Translations under genes and position numbers: made by a program | Source: Alteromonadaceae bacterium M269 | GTDB taxonomy: Bacteria > Pseudomonadota > Gammaproteobacteria > Enterobacterales > Alteromonadaceae | Length of the DNA: 64,000 nucleotides | Direction: 5' to 3' | NCBI GenBank assembly: GCA_004353515.1 | Contig: SMNZ01000004.1 | Location: forward strand, 328,360 to 392,359 | In this document: in pieces, positions 54,768-64,000 of the stretch | Layout: every line of letters starts with the position of its first letter | Position numbering within the stretch: position 1 is the stretch's first letter | Notes under the pieces: generated by a model | Seen by the model: only the letters and a program-made list of their open reading frames with translations | Databases searched by the model: none | Told to the model about the DNA's origin: nothing

Positions 54768-55396
54768 ATTGAGACTCCATTAGGTGAAGATGATTTCTGG
54801 CTAACTACAGCTAACCAACGCTGTAACTCGGGTGGTGCATCAGTCGGTCGGTAATAGTGATTTAAAACAGTAAATCCGGCTTGGGTTAAGAACGAAGAAA
54901 TAACCTCAAGCTCCATATAGTGCCCATAGCGAGCGCCCAACCACTCCTCAGAACTACCTCTGGGATTGGACATAAACAGAATACCGTCATCAACCAACGC
55001 TTGATTGAGATGACAAAGCACATGAAGCAGATTTTCTTTGGGAACGTGAAACAGAGACGCGTTAGCAAATACACCATCATAGGAACCAAGTGCTAAATCA
55101 GCATCAACAAAATTCTGATTCAAGGTTCTGCAACCAGAATATTGCTCTGCCATCCGACAAAACTCAGCACTACCATCTAACCCAACGGGGTTATGACCAA
55201 GTGATTTAAACGTCGCTAAGTCTCGGCCTGGTCCACAACCGAAGTCGAGGATATTCAATGCTCTATTTTGGGGTAACGCAGCCAGAAACGCCTCTACGTT
55301 TTGGCTAACATCGTGATCTTTTGTGCCTTCCCAAAACGATTCCGCATTTGCAGAATAGTGCTCGATAGTTGAGCGCTCTTTTTCGATTGCCTTCAA
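54764..55396 (-). CDS. Class I SAM-dependent methyltransferase
   Basis: Motif I LDFGCGPGRD; 4-bp overlap with the OYE gene. Confidence 0.7.
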   Translation of the reverse strand: MKAIEKERSTIEHYSANAESFWEGTKDHDVSQNVEAFLAALPQNRALNILDFGCGPGRDLATFKSLGHNPVGLDGSAEFCRMAEQYSGCRTLNQNFVDADLALGSYDGVFANASLFHVPKENLLHVLCHLNQALVDDGILFMSNPRGSSEEWLGARYGHYMELEVISSFLTQAGFTVLNHYYRPTDAPPELQRWLAVVSQKSSSPNGVSI

Positions 55397-55516
55397 TGAA
55401 ATTCTCTACAACAGATGATTGAAAGAATATTCTCATAAAAGCCATCAAAGTGGCGCAAATGAATTGAAAAAATATATGTATACTCATCATCCTTGAAAAA
55501 GCTTGTTTAAAAAGCT

Positions 55517-55714
55517 TTAAGCTTCATTCTCATGATTCACTCGTAGTGTCATACCACCCCACTCCCTCATTGCAACATGGAAAGTAATGGGCCGACAACA
55601 AACATGACAATCTTCAATATACTCCTGATCTTCGCTGTTAGTGCAATCTAATAAAATATCAATCGTTTCACCGCAATAAGGACATTCGATAACCCGTTCT
55701 TCTTGTACATTCAT
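55517..55714 (-). CDS. Cysteine-rich CPxCG zinc-ribbon protein
   Basis: ECPYCG…CHVCC; GAGGAA RBS before MNVQEE (start trimmed to 55714). Confidence 0.55.
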   Translation of the reverse strand: MNVQEERVIECPYCGETIDILLDCTNSEDQEYIEDCHVCCRPITFHVAMREWGGMTLRVNHENEA

Positions 55715-55909
55715 AGTGATTTGTTCCTCGAATAACAAAAGGAATTGGGCCTTCACCGTTAACAATTAAGAATATGAGCGGCCTAATCCTTCTCTGTTGT
55801 TACCTCTATGAGTATAGGCTAGTTTAAAGGTTCAATTGTTAGCGACACTGCTGTTTGGACCACTCGTGTCTGTTAATATATCGACCAACTGATATGTGCA
55901 GAGAAAGCC

Positions 55910-56875
55910 ATGATAACCACGCAACTCACCAGACGACTCAACCTGAAACACCCCATCATATCGGCTCCTATGGCGTTCGCTGCCTCGGGAGAACTCGCAG
56001 CTTCAGTGAGTCAAGCGGGAGGCCTCGGTTTGATTGGTGGAGGTTATGGCGATATCGACTGGATAAAGCAGCAATTTTTAGCAGCAAACAACTCTCAAGT
56101 AGGTTGTGGCTTTATTACTTGGACGCTAAACAAAAACCCTCAGGTATTGGATCAAGTTCTTGAACTGAATCCTTCTTATCTCTGCCTCTCGTTTGGTGAT
56201 CCAAAACCCTTTGCCCAGACAATAAAAAACAAAGGCGTCAAACTGATATGTCAAATCCAGACCGCCAAAGACGCAATACGAGCCATAGAATGTGAGGCCG
56301 ATATTATCGTTGCTCAAGGCTCTGAAGCGGGCGGCCATGGTGAAAAACGCTCAACCATGACATTAGTTCCCGAAGTTGCTGACTTAATTGCGGACCGAGC
56401 TCCTGAAACATTGCTATGTGCCGCTGGCGGAATTGCCGACGGAAGAGGCCTCGCAGCAGCACTCATGCTTGGCGCAGATGGTGTTATGGTTGGCTCTCGC
56501 TTATGGGCAAGCCGTGAAGCTAATGTACACCAAAGTATGCACCAAGCAGCATTACAAGCATCAGGAGACGACACCATCAGATCTCAGGTTATGGACATCG
56601 CTCGATCTTTAGATTGGCCTTCGAGATACAATGCGCGCGTCCTCAAGAACCCATTCACCGATAAGTGGCACAACGATATTGCCGGACTTAAAGCGAACGC
56701 AGATGTGGAATCCACTAAATGGAAGCGAGCCTGGGAAGAAGGTGATATCTCGATTGCAAATACCTTTGTGGGCGAGGCAACCGGTCTTATTGATGAAATA
56801 GAACCGGTCGCAACAATCATAGAAGATATGATGTTCGAGGCCGAGCATTTACTCAATCAGCGTTGGTCCATATAA
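55910..56875 (+). CDS. Nitronate monooxygenase (NMO, 2-nitropropane dioxygenase-like, FMN)
   Basis: ISAPMAFAASGELAASVSQAGGLGLIGGGYGD motif, and the VAQGSEAGGHG FMN-binding motif. Confidence 0.85.
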   Translation: MITTQLTRRLNLKHPIISAPMAFAASGELAASVSQAGGLGLIGGGYGDIDWIKQQFLAANNSQVGCGFITWTLNKNPQVLDQVLELNPSYLCLSFGDPKPFAQTIKNKGVKLICQIQTAKDAIRAIECEADIIVAQGSEAGGHGEKRSTMTLVPEVADLIADRAPETLLCAAGGIADGRGLAAALMLGADGVMVGSRLWASREANVHQSMHQAALQASGDDTIRSQVMDIARSLDWPSRYNARVLKNPFTDKWHNDIAGLKANADVESTKWKRAWEEGDISIANTFVGEATGLIDEIEPVATIIEDMMFEAEHLLNQRWSI

Positions 56876-56884
56876 CTCACTCAA

Positions 56885-57814
56885 TTAAGGGCTCTTGAGC
56901 ACTTGCTCAAACAATTTATCCAATGCATCGGTATCTTCACCTTTATGTCTCAACTCGTTGTCTTTGGCTCCTGCAATTTTTGCCAATGCAGCAACGCGAC
57001 CTTGACCTAAGAACAAGGTGGCAGGAGACACTTTCGCTATTGGATCTTTGTAAGCCTCGCTAGTAGTAATAATCGACCAACTGTTGTCTTTAAACGCATC
57101 AATTAAAGCTGGCAAAAACAAAGCGGCGACATCATTTTCATGCAGTAAGAGCACGTGTGCGGGCGACCTTTTCATCCACCGACAAGCAACGCCATCATAA
57201 TGCTCTGCTGCTGATAAAATCATATCAACATAAAGCGCTTCAACAGCTTTGATATCAACCGGCTTTTTATCCCTAACAGCCCTGCGATAGAAGTTATCTA
57301 TATAAAAATCAAAGTTATCTATGGTGACATAGCCTTGACGATACCCTTTAATCGAAAGCGCATTTCTTACTGCATCACGCTCTTCAATAGACTTGCCTTC
57401 ATTCAAATAAGGAAACCGAAACAAAGGCTGAAACCCAGGTAATTGCTTGAGCTTTTCATCAGCGAGAGACACATCCTCAATAAATCGCTCAGCCCCAACA
57501 TTATGCAAGTTAGCATGACTCAAACTATGATTCGCTATCACATGCCCAGCCTCGGCATAATCTAACATGCGTTGCCGATTAGCTTCGTTGATATGCGAAG
57601 CGACAGAATAAAATGCAGCTCCTTTAACACTACCTTCTTTCAGCGCTTCGATAATGCGCTTGGTTCTTTCTGCTCCCGACATCAAAATGGAGCCACCTCT
57701 AGGTGCATCGTCAAAGCTAAACACCACTCTCTTATCACCGCATTGCTGTCCTGCTAGTGCATCACTGCTGATAAAAATAATGCAAAGCAAAACCACAACA
57801 GAAAGTAATCTCAT
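56885..57814 (-). CDS. Secreted polysaccharide deacetylase (NodB-domain)
   Basis: Signal peptide; FSFDDAPR (Asp-Asp motif) and HVIANHSLSH His motifs. Confidence 0.75.
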   Translation of the reverse strand: MRLLSVVVLLCIIFISSDALAGQQCGDKRVVFSFDDAPRGGSILMSGAERTKRIIEALKEGSVKGAAFYSVASHINEANRQRMLDYAEAGHVIANHSLSHANLHNVGAERFIEDVSLADEKLKQLPGFQPLFRFPYLNEGKSIEERDAVRNALSIKGYRQGYVTIDNFDFYIDNFYRRAVRDKKPVDIKAVEALYVDMILSAAEHYDGVACRWMKRSPAHVLLLHENDVAALFLPALIDAFKDNSWSIITTSEAYKDPIAKVSPATLFLGQGRVAALAKIAGAKDNELRHKGEDTDALDKLFEQVLKSP

Positions 57815-58668
57815 TGCAGATGTTTCCTTAGTCCCGTCGAATACGCAGCAGGGAAAATGCTCGCATGCGTCTCGTCTTCAAATATTCTTTTATAAACCAT
57901 TACACTGCGCTTTTTACAACTGGACATCAACTTAGCCAGCTTATTTAAATCACTGACCATGGCTCGACCATTTTCGGGCTGCTCTTCGTACTCACCAACC
58001 GCCAAGAATAGTTTCGCCTTATGCGCGCTATCTGATTTCGCACAAGCTTGTTTCACCGCATCCAACGTCGCTTTATTTCCATACCATAGTGACGCAGACA
58101 CAATAATATAATCAGAAAAAACATCAGGGCTGCTGACCCAAGCATTTACAGCAAACAAACCGCCATAAGAATGCCCCACCAAAATTCGACCTTGAGAGTC
58201 AGCAGGATAATGCTTCTCGACAAAAGGAATAATCTCCTCTTCGAGAACTGATAAGAAGGCAGGTCCACCTCCCGAAAGCGATTGCACCGATTTACCATAA
58301 CCACCCTCTGCGACAAAGAATGGTGTGTAATCTCGGGTTCTAGACTGCCGGTAACTGGTTTTGTCAGGATAAGCAATCGCCACGCTTATCACAGGTGGAA
58401 TCCGATTTCTGTCAGACAGATGTGTTACAATTTGAGTAGACAACGCAAACGAATAATCCGCATCTAACAGATAGACAGTTTTACAGCCTTGTTCAGCCTT
58501 AGAACAAGCATCGGGCACATGAATATAAAGCTGATAATTTACGCCATTCTTGGCTTTAGGCCGTGTTACAACCTCAGTGTTAGGCAACGTATAAGGCTCT
58601 GACTTGGCAACTTCTACAACCAACAGCATCAAAACTGCTGTTGCAATTATCCATCTAAATACTGGCAT
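57811..58668 (-). CDS. Secreted alpha/beta-hydrolase esterase
   Basis: Signal peptide; nucleophile elbow GHSYGG (ILVGHSYGGLFAVNA). Confidence 0.75.
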   Translation of the reverse strand: MPVFRWIIATAVLMLLVVEVAKSEPYTLPNTEVVTRPKAKNGVNYQLYIHVPDACSKAEQGCKTVYLLDADYSFALSTQIVTHLSDRNRIPPVISVAIAYPDKTSYRQSRTRDYTPFFVAEGGYGKSVQSLSGGGPAFLSVLEEEIIPFVEKHYPADSQGRILVGHSYGGLFAVNAWVSSPDVFSDYIIVSASLWYGNKATLDAVKQACAKSDSAHKAKLFLAVGEYEEQPENGRAMVSDLNKLAKLMSSCKKRSVMVYKRIFEDETHASIFPAAYSTGLRKHLQ

Positions 58669-59062
58669 TAGTATCTGTCCTGTCACTCCCTTTCTCACGC
58701 ACTCTGTTCCAAGGCTTAAGAATCACTAACGACACAGTCACAACAACCAAGTACATCACCTTATAAGCCAGAGGTTCAATGCTTTGGTTTAAGTAAATAT
58801 TCAAAGCAGTAATCACCATCAACAGAAACCATAAAACGCCACTCACAACTAGCTTCCACTCTTTAGATAGAGATACAACCAATCGGAACAATCCATAGCT
58901 CGTTGGCGCTATAACGATAATTGCAATCGCTAAAGCAGCGACATGATTTTGTGTGTCGATAGCCAATGAGTGATAAATCAATAAAACGGTGCCCATATTT
59001 ACGAGAGAAAACACAATATAACCAATAATAACTGTAAGAAAATTAATCACTAATACCTTCAT
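58655..59062 (-). CDS. Small 4-TM membrane protein
   Basis: 135 aa, hydrophobic helices; overlaps the esterase start by 14 nt. Confidence 0.5.
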   Translation of the reverse strand: MKVLVINFLTVIIGYIVFSLVNMGTVLLIYHSLAIDTQNHVAALAIAIIVIAPTSYGLFRLVVSLSKEWKLVVSGVLWFLLMVITALNIYLNQSIEPLAYKVMYLVVVTVSLVILKPWNRVREKGSDRTDTNASI

Positions 59063-59236
59063 AACGACTTCCCAGATCCAATATCAATGAGCACTAATTA
59101 ATGAAAGTTTTTATTGGCAGGCAATGGTCCAAAGGGAGGTATTTGATGGAGGATACTTTCGTACCATAGCGATTACTCATCATCCTTGGAAACGAATTTG
59201 GTATTCATCCGGGAATATTAAGAAAAACCACAACTG

Positions 59237-59731
59237 TCAGCTTTGTTGTTCGCTGGCTTCACTCTCTACCAACAGATTAAGCTCTTGTGCAATTCGAATA
59301 GCATCAGTTCGGCGCTTCGCACCCAGTTTTGAATAAAGCTTGCTCACATGTTTCTTCACTGTGCTCTCAGCTAAGTTCAAATCGCTTGCGATTTCTTTGT
59401 TAGATAGACCCTGAGCAATCCGTTCTAGTACTTCTTGCTCTCTCGTGTTTAAGTCAGACTCTGCTACTTCTAAAGTCAACTTAGATTTAGACATATTTTT
59501 GATGCCTAATCTTAGTAACCCGATAAAAGTGGCAAAAACTGCCAGAACAATTATCCATTCAAGCACTAAAGATGCGTAATAAGTCGATGCTCGTGCTAAG
59601 GTCACCAACACAATAGCGAGAATAAATAATCCTACAAAGATGAGTATTTTTGCTCGAGGCATAGCTGGTTTGATGACCCCACCGATAAGACTTGTCAAAG
59701 CATCATACTGAATAGCTTGTAAAACAAGCAA
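59237..59731 (-). CDS. Membrane-anchored LuxR-family (GerE HTH) regulator
   Basis: Two N-terminal TM helices, then [40 protein letters not shown]. Confidence 0.7.
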   Translation of the reverse strand: [164 protein letters not shown]

Positions 59732-59819
59732 TAGCCAAAGCGTTTTGATAATTTTCTTGTTTTAACAAATACTAGAACGTGTATGAGAGATAACACCTCG
59801 AAGATAAATGGAGCAATGA

Positions 59820-60260
59820 ATGCGTATCGTTAAAATTATGACCGAAAAGCTGGTAACAGTGCAGATGGACGACTCGCTCCTTCTGATTAACGATATCTTT
59901 GAAAATACTAACTTCCATCATTTATTGGTTGTTGAATCGAATAAATTAGTCGGCGTGATTTCAGATAGAGATTTGTTTAAAGCGCTGAGTCCAAACTTGG
60001 GTTGTGTCTCTGAAACAGCAAAAGATGCAGCCACCCTCAACAAAAAAGCGCATCAAATCATGAGTCGAGATTTGATTACTCTTTCACCTGACGCCAGCGC
60101 TTACGATGCCATTGCCTTATTTAATCAACACACCGTTTCCTGCCTTCCAGTGATTGACGAAAACCAAAAACCATTGGGCATAGTTAGTTGGCGCGACATA
60201 TTGCGAGTTATCGAAGAGAACAGAAACAAACGCAAACAAGCCGATAGCGAGAAATCATAA
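59820..60260 (+). CDS. CBS-domain pair protein
   Basis: Tandem CBS motifs (…HHLLVVE…LVGVISDRDL; …VSCLPVIDENQKPLGIVSWRDI). Confidence 0.75.
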   Translation: MRIVKIMTEKLVTVQMDDSLLLINDIFENTNFHHLLVVESNKLVGVISDRDLFKALSPNLGCVSETAKDAATLNKKAHQIMSRDLITLSPDASAYDAIALFNQHTVSCLPVIDENQKPLGIVSWRDILRVIEENRNKRKQADSEKS

Positions 60261-60275
60261 GTCCCAGCGTCCCCC

Positions 60276-60428
60276 TGTAGGAGCCGGACTCGTCCGCGAA
60301 CAAACAAAACTCATCACTGTTCGCGCGCAAGCGCTGCTCCTACAATTAAAACCCTCTGTAGGAGCCGGACTTGTCCGCGAACAAACTCAAAACACGTCAC
60401 CATTCGCGCGCAAGCGCTGCTCCTACAG
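60276..60428. repeat. Two tandem ~72-bp REP-like units (CTGTAGGAGCCGGAC(T/C)CGTCCGCGAACAAA…CATTCGCGCGCAAGCGCTGCTCCTACA) between convergent genes
   Basis: Read in the sequence; each unit has terminal inverted repeats TGTAGGAGC/GCTCCTACA. Confidence 0.8.
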
Positions 60429-60459
60429 GTAACATTTTCGGTGTTTGAATTACCAACAA

Positions 60460-61032
60460 TTACTCTTCACGCATTTCTATCAAGGGCTTTTTCCAGACTT
60501 TAGACTGAGCTTCCTTATCCAAAGGTGTTCCTGCAATGGAGTTGGTGTAATTGCTGATCAACTTGACGGCTAGCGCCAGAATCACGTCCAACGCTTGTTG
60601 GCTGGAATAACCCGCATCGAAGAAGTCCCGCATTTGCATCTCAGAAAGCTTTCCGCGATTGGCAATTAACAGACGAGTAAACTGACTCAGGGCATTGAGT
60701 TTTGAATCTTCTAACTGACTACCACCACGCAGCGCGTCGATATTTGCTTGGCTCAACCCACTTTGTTCAGCCAAAATCGTATGCCAAGGTACACAATAAT
60801 TGCACTCGTTCTCATAATTGGCAGTGAGGTAAATCACCTGCTTTTCCTGATCACTAAAACTGGTGGTATTAAAGCCATCCCACATAAAGGTATAGCCAGC
60901 CAATAACTGCGGACTCAGCGCCATCACCTTCTCAACGTTAGGTATTAATCCAAAGTTCTGTTCCGCTTTTTTAAGCCAATCAACTGAATCGGCAGGCGCT
61001 GTATCGATCTCAAATAATGGGAAATTCGTCAT
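60460..61032 (-). CDS. Carboxymuconolactone decarboxylase (AhpD-like) family protein
   Basis: CxxC-containing CMD motif (ECNYCVPWHT). Confidence 0.7.
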   Translation of the reverse strand: MTNFPLFEIDTAPADSVDWLKKAEQNFGLIPNVEKVMALSPQLLAGYTFMWDGFNTTSFSDQEKQVIYLTANYENECNYCVPWHTILAEQSGLSQANIDALRGGSQLEDSKLNALSQFTRLLIANRGKLSEMQMRDFFDAGYSSQQALDVILALAVKLISNYTNSIAGTPLDKEAQSKVWKKPLIEMREE

Positions 61033-61045
61033 CTTATCTCTCCTA

Positions 61046-61897
61046 CTAATTCGCTGTACGGCTATGTTTTAGCGAATTACGCTTGTTGAATGAACGCATC
61101 GCATTACTAATCAGCGCGCCAAACAACCATACTGGCCAAGACCGAGGAATAAGGCGGTTTTCCCAGGCATAGAACTTATTTAGGAACCCAGAAACAACAG
61201 TCGCTTTCTTACCAATTTTCTTCAAACCAAGTCGAGCCACTTTATTGGGGTTCTGCGCAATCATAGGCAGCAAAGAGAGGTTCATTTTCAAACCATCAGC
61301 GAACGGTGTCGCAGTTAAACCAGGAGACAACGTCAATACATCAATATTCTGCTTGCCTAACTCAGATGTCAGCGCCTCTCCTAGAGTCAATACGTAAGCT
61401 TTAGTTGCAGCATAAGCTGCAAAGTTCGGGATACCTTGATACGCAAACAGGCTTGAAACCAATAAAATACCGCCGCGCTTTTTAAGCGTGTGACGTCTCT
61501 CTCGCATCGCATTACCGTAGTGATGAGCGAGGTAAGTCAACGAATCAACGTTTGTACGTAGCATGCGTTGCAGGTCGCTATAGTCTTTATCTAAAAAAAC
61601 GCCCATCTCATCAACGCCAGCACTAAGCACCACTAAACCAATATCCAAATCGCGGGTTTGTGACGGAATAGATTCAAGATCATCCGTCTGGCTTAAATCA
61701 GCTCTTACAACCCGAGTATTGATTGGGTGTTCCGACTTCAAACGGTTAGATAGAACCTGCAATTTTGCTTCGTTTCTTCCAACCAAAACCAAATTAAAAT
61801 GTTGCTTAGCGAGCTCCTTTGCGAACTCTTTGCCAATACCCGATGAAGCGCCCGTTACCAGCGCCCATCCTTCATACTTCTTCATTAAATTTTGCAT
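61046..61897 (-). CDS. Short-chain dehydrogenase/reductase (SDR)
   Basis: TGASSGIG cofactor motif and YAATKAY catalytic Tyr-x3-Lys. Confidence 0.85.
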   Translation of the reverse strand: MQNLMKKYEGWALVTGASSGIGKEFAKELAKQHFNLVLVGRNEAKLQVLSNRLKSEHPINTRVVRADLSQTDDLESIPSQTRDLDIGLVVLSAGVDEMGVFLDKDYSDLQRMLRTNVDSLTYLAHHYGNAMRERRHTLKKRGGILLVSSLFAYQGIPNFAAYAATKAYVLTLGEALTSELGKQNIDVLTLSPGLTATPFADGLKMNLSLLPMIAQNPNKVARLGLKKIGKKATVVSGFLNKFYAWENRLIPRSWPVWLFGALISNAMRSFNKRNSLKHSRTAN

Positions 61898-61962
61898 CGC
61901 AAAATACCTCTTTAAATAATTAGGGTCTGTCGACCTTTTCTGTACAGATAGAACGCGGCATA

Positions 61963-62178
61963 TCAGCCACTTATCATCTTTTTCACATCATCCAGGGCTA
62001 GCGCATTTCCGCCGATAGCCCAATGCTTATCCTTAATTTCCTCAATCATGACCCAAGTTGCATCGCGTAATTTTTCGCTTGTGACCGATGTCACGCTGTC
62101 CGTAATCTTTTCAATCAGCGCCCTCGACTGCGCTTCATCCAATTCGTTTTCAAATACTTTTACTGTTATTAAAGGCAT
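61963..62178 (-). CDS. Tautomerase-family protein (4-OT-like)
   Basis: MPLITVKV… with Pro1 after the initiator Met; 71 aa. Confidence 0.6.
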   Translation of the reverse strand: MPLITVKVFENELDEAQSRALIEKITDSVTSVTSEKLRDATWVMIEEIKDKHWAIGGNALALDDVKKMISG

Positions 62179-62206
62179 CACAATTCCTCATCAATTTAGG
62201 GTTAAA

Positions 62207-62872
62207 TCAGTGCTTGTTGGCTTTAGCGCCAACGAGAGAGTCTCTCGCTTTAAGAAAGGTCAGCAGCTTTTCGTCGTAGTCGTCAGAAACAGCAGCCTTC
62301 ACCGAAGGCCTGTCTAGCAACCTGTCGCGCCACTGCGAAATACTGGGGAAATGAGCAAAAACATCGTGCTCCAAAACATCATTCAAAACATTGAAATAAC
62401 GAAACGCAGGCGCAAAAGCCGCATCAACCAAAGTAAAGGGACCATAAGCAAACCAATCACCTCGCCCTAGCTCCTGTTCCACGATTAAGAACTTACGCTC
62501 AATGCTTTGCATCGCCGCCGTGAATTGCTCAAGGTTTTTAGCGCTATATAACCGGCCGATATCAGCCAAAACCTCGGACGCCACTTCTGCCCAGGCTAGT
62601 TGTTGATACTTCTCCAACAAATTGGCAGACAGCAAATCACCACCACAAACATCATGGACGTAATGAGCGATAATGGTGGATTCAAAAAGCGCAACGTCTT
62701 CATCAATTTGCAGCACAGGCACCTTCGCCAACGGCGATATCCTCAGCAACCAGTCTGGCTTACTCGATAGGTCAATATCGACACGCTCAAATGCAATGCC
62801 AGATTCTGTCAGTACAATGTTCACTCGCTGCGCGTAAGGGCATAGTGCGTGGCTGATTAACTTAAACTGCAT
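62207..62872 (-). CDS. Glutathione S-transferase
   Basis: GST N-terminal fold (…KVPVLQID…) and C-terminal helical domain. Confidence 0.8.
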   Translation of the reverse strand: MQFKLISHALCPYAQRVNIVLTESGIAFERVDIDLSSKPDWLLRISPLAKVPVLQIDEDVALFESTIIAHYVHDVCGGDLLSANLLEKYQQLAWAEVASEVLADIGRLYSAKNLEQFTAAMQSIERKFLIVEQELGRGDWFAYGPFTLVDAAFAPAFRYFNVLNDVLEHDVFAHFPSISQWRDRLLDRPSVKAAVSDDYDEKLLTFLKARDSLVGAKANKH

Positions 62873-62962
62873 AGAAAATATCCTCTCTAAAGTCTTGCGG
62901 CGCAGTCTAAGCTATGCATAAATAGTTAGATATAGACAATAAAACACAGTTGATGTGCATAA

Positions 62963-63841
62963 ATGCAGAGTTTAAATTGGGACGATCTACGCTTCTTCTT
63001 AGCGTTAAGTCGACACAAAACAGCAACACACGCCGGTATCGCTTTAGGGGTGAATCACACCACCATTGCAAGGCGTGCAAGTGCTCTAGAAGAAACTTTA
63101 AAAACACGATTATTTGAGCGTTCACAAGGCGGCTTTGAACTGACACAAGCCGGAGAAAACCTATTAGCTTACGCTGTTGAAATGGAAGAGCTAACACAGT
63201 CCATCGATCGTGACATTTTTGGACGGGATTCCCAGCTAAGCGGGCCGCTAAAGATCACCATAGCGCACGATGTCGCAGAGCGTTTGGTTCTCAAACATAT
63301 CAAAGACTTTCACAACAACTATCCGCATATCAGTCTTGAGTTGCTTACCACAACAGGCTTAGTGAATATGACAACGCGAGAGGCAGATATTGCCTTACGG
63401 TTAACTCCTAAACCGCCTGAACATTTGGTTGGAAAAGAGATCACGCGTTTAAAGCACGGTATTTATACTTCCAGTGAGTATTGGGAAAAACATCAAAACA
63501 ACCCAAGTACTATTCTGTATTTTGATAACACAAGTTCTGATTGGGTGAAGAAGCATTTCCCGGAAGCTGATGTCGCAATGCGCGTCGATGATGTGGGTAC
63601 CATGTGTCATGCCGTGGCTAATCATATGGGCATAGCTCGCCTACCCTGCTATGTGGGCGATACCGACTCACGCCTAAGACGGCTAGACATCGATCTACCA
63701 CGTTCAACCTGGGGCATTTGGATCCTCAATCACATCGATTTACGCAGCACAGCAAGGGTAAGAGCAGCCAGAGAATTCCTAATCGACATTATCGAAAAGC
63801 AGCTACCTTTAATTCATGGCGAGCAATCTATGTACATGTAG
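62963..63841 (+). CDS. LysR-family transcriptional regulator (divergent from the GST/tautomerase/SDR/CMD operon)
   Basis: LysR HTH (LRFFLALSRHKTATHAGIALGVNHTTIARRASALE). The stop codon TAG is supplied by the first bases of a REP element. Confidence 0.85.
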   Translation: MQSLNWDDLRFFLALSRHKTATHAGIALGVNHTTIARRASALEETLKTRLFERSQGGFELTQAGENLLAYAVEMEELTQSIDRDIFGRDSQLSGPLKITIAHDVAERLVLKHIKDFHNNYPHISLELLTTTGLVNMTTREADIALRLTPKPPEHLVGKEITRLKHGIYTSSEYWEKHQNNPSTILYFDNTSSDWVKKHFPEADVAMRVDDVGTMCHAVANHMGIARLPCYVGDTDSRLRRLDIDLPRSTWGIWILNHIDLRSTARVRAAREFLIDIIEKQLPLIHGEQSMYM

Positions 63842-63908
63842 GAACGGGGCTCATCCGCGAATAAACTCCAAACACATCACATTCGCGCGCAAGCGCTGCT
63901 CCTACATT
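63836..63908. repeat. Single REP-like unit (ATGTAGGAACGGGGCTCATCCGCGAATAAA…CATTCGCGCGCAAGCGCTGCTCCTACAT)
   Basis: Same family as 60276-60428. It overlaps the LysR stop codon. Confidence 0.75.
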
Positions 63909-64000
63909 GTGAACGTTATGCGAATCCTATGGTCGAACAAAAACACAGCGTTGCCTTTCAAGAAAATATACAATCATAGAACCAATCATCTATAAGGATA

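Overview
The window is a chromosomal region of a marine-type gammaproteobacterium. Evidence for the host: an arcB neighbour of gltBD, a galTK pair, and Pseudomonas/Vibrio-style REP palindromes. The window starts inside a 3'-truncated phage-type tyrosine integrase lying immediately downstream of the RNase P RNA gene (rnpB). This suggests an integrated element whose body is off-window to the left.

The core content is housekeeping or regulatory:
- a signal-peptide-bearing M1 aminopeptidase, plus a 975-aa secreted HExxH / beta-propeller / beta-barrel protein
- galT-galK, arcB, gltB-gltD
- two LysR-headed detox modules (GST + tautomerase)
- a 1151-aa hybrid histidine kinase with three receiver domains
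- an OmpR/EnvZ-type two-component pair, ybbN, NMO, an OYE reductase, SDR, GNATs and others

The accessory or unusual content is:
(1) A co-directional cluster of a YqiJ/NfeD-like membrane protein, a flotillin (SPFH) protein, a 1693-aa coiled-coil protein ending in a MoxR/AAA_5-like P-loop ATPase module, and a small zf-TFIIB-type zinc-ribbon protein. It is preceded by an odd TM2-domain/pilin-like fusion protein. I consider this the best candidate for an undescribed membrane-associated system.
(2) A 60-aa ORF with a textbook double-glycine leader and a two-Cys, Pro-rich core, sitting directly downstream of the two-component pair. It has no C39 ABC exporter in the window.
(3) AT-rich islets: a YtoQ-family gene with membrane and secreted partners, and a zinc-ribbon membrane protein.
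(4) Three REP-like palindromic repeat loci.
(5) Two decay scars: an AraC C-terminal remnant and a frameshifted VOC-family gene.

No rRNA, tRNA or CRISPR array was seen.
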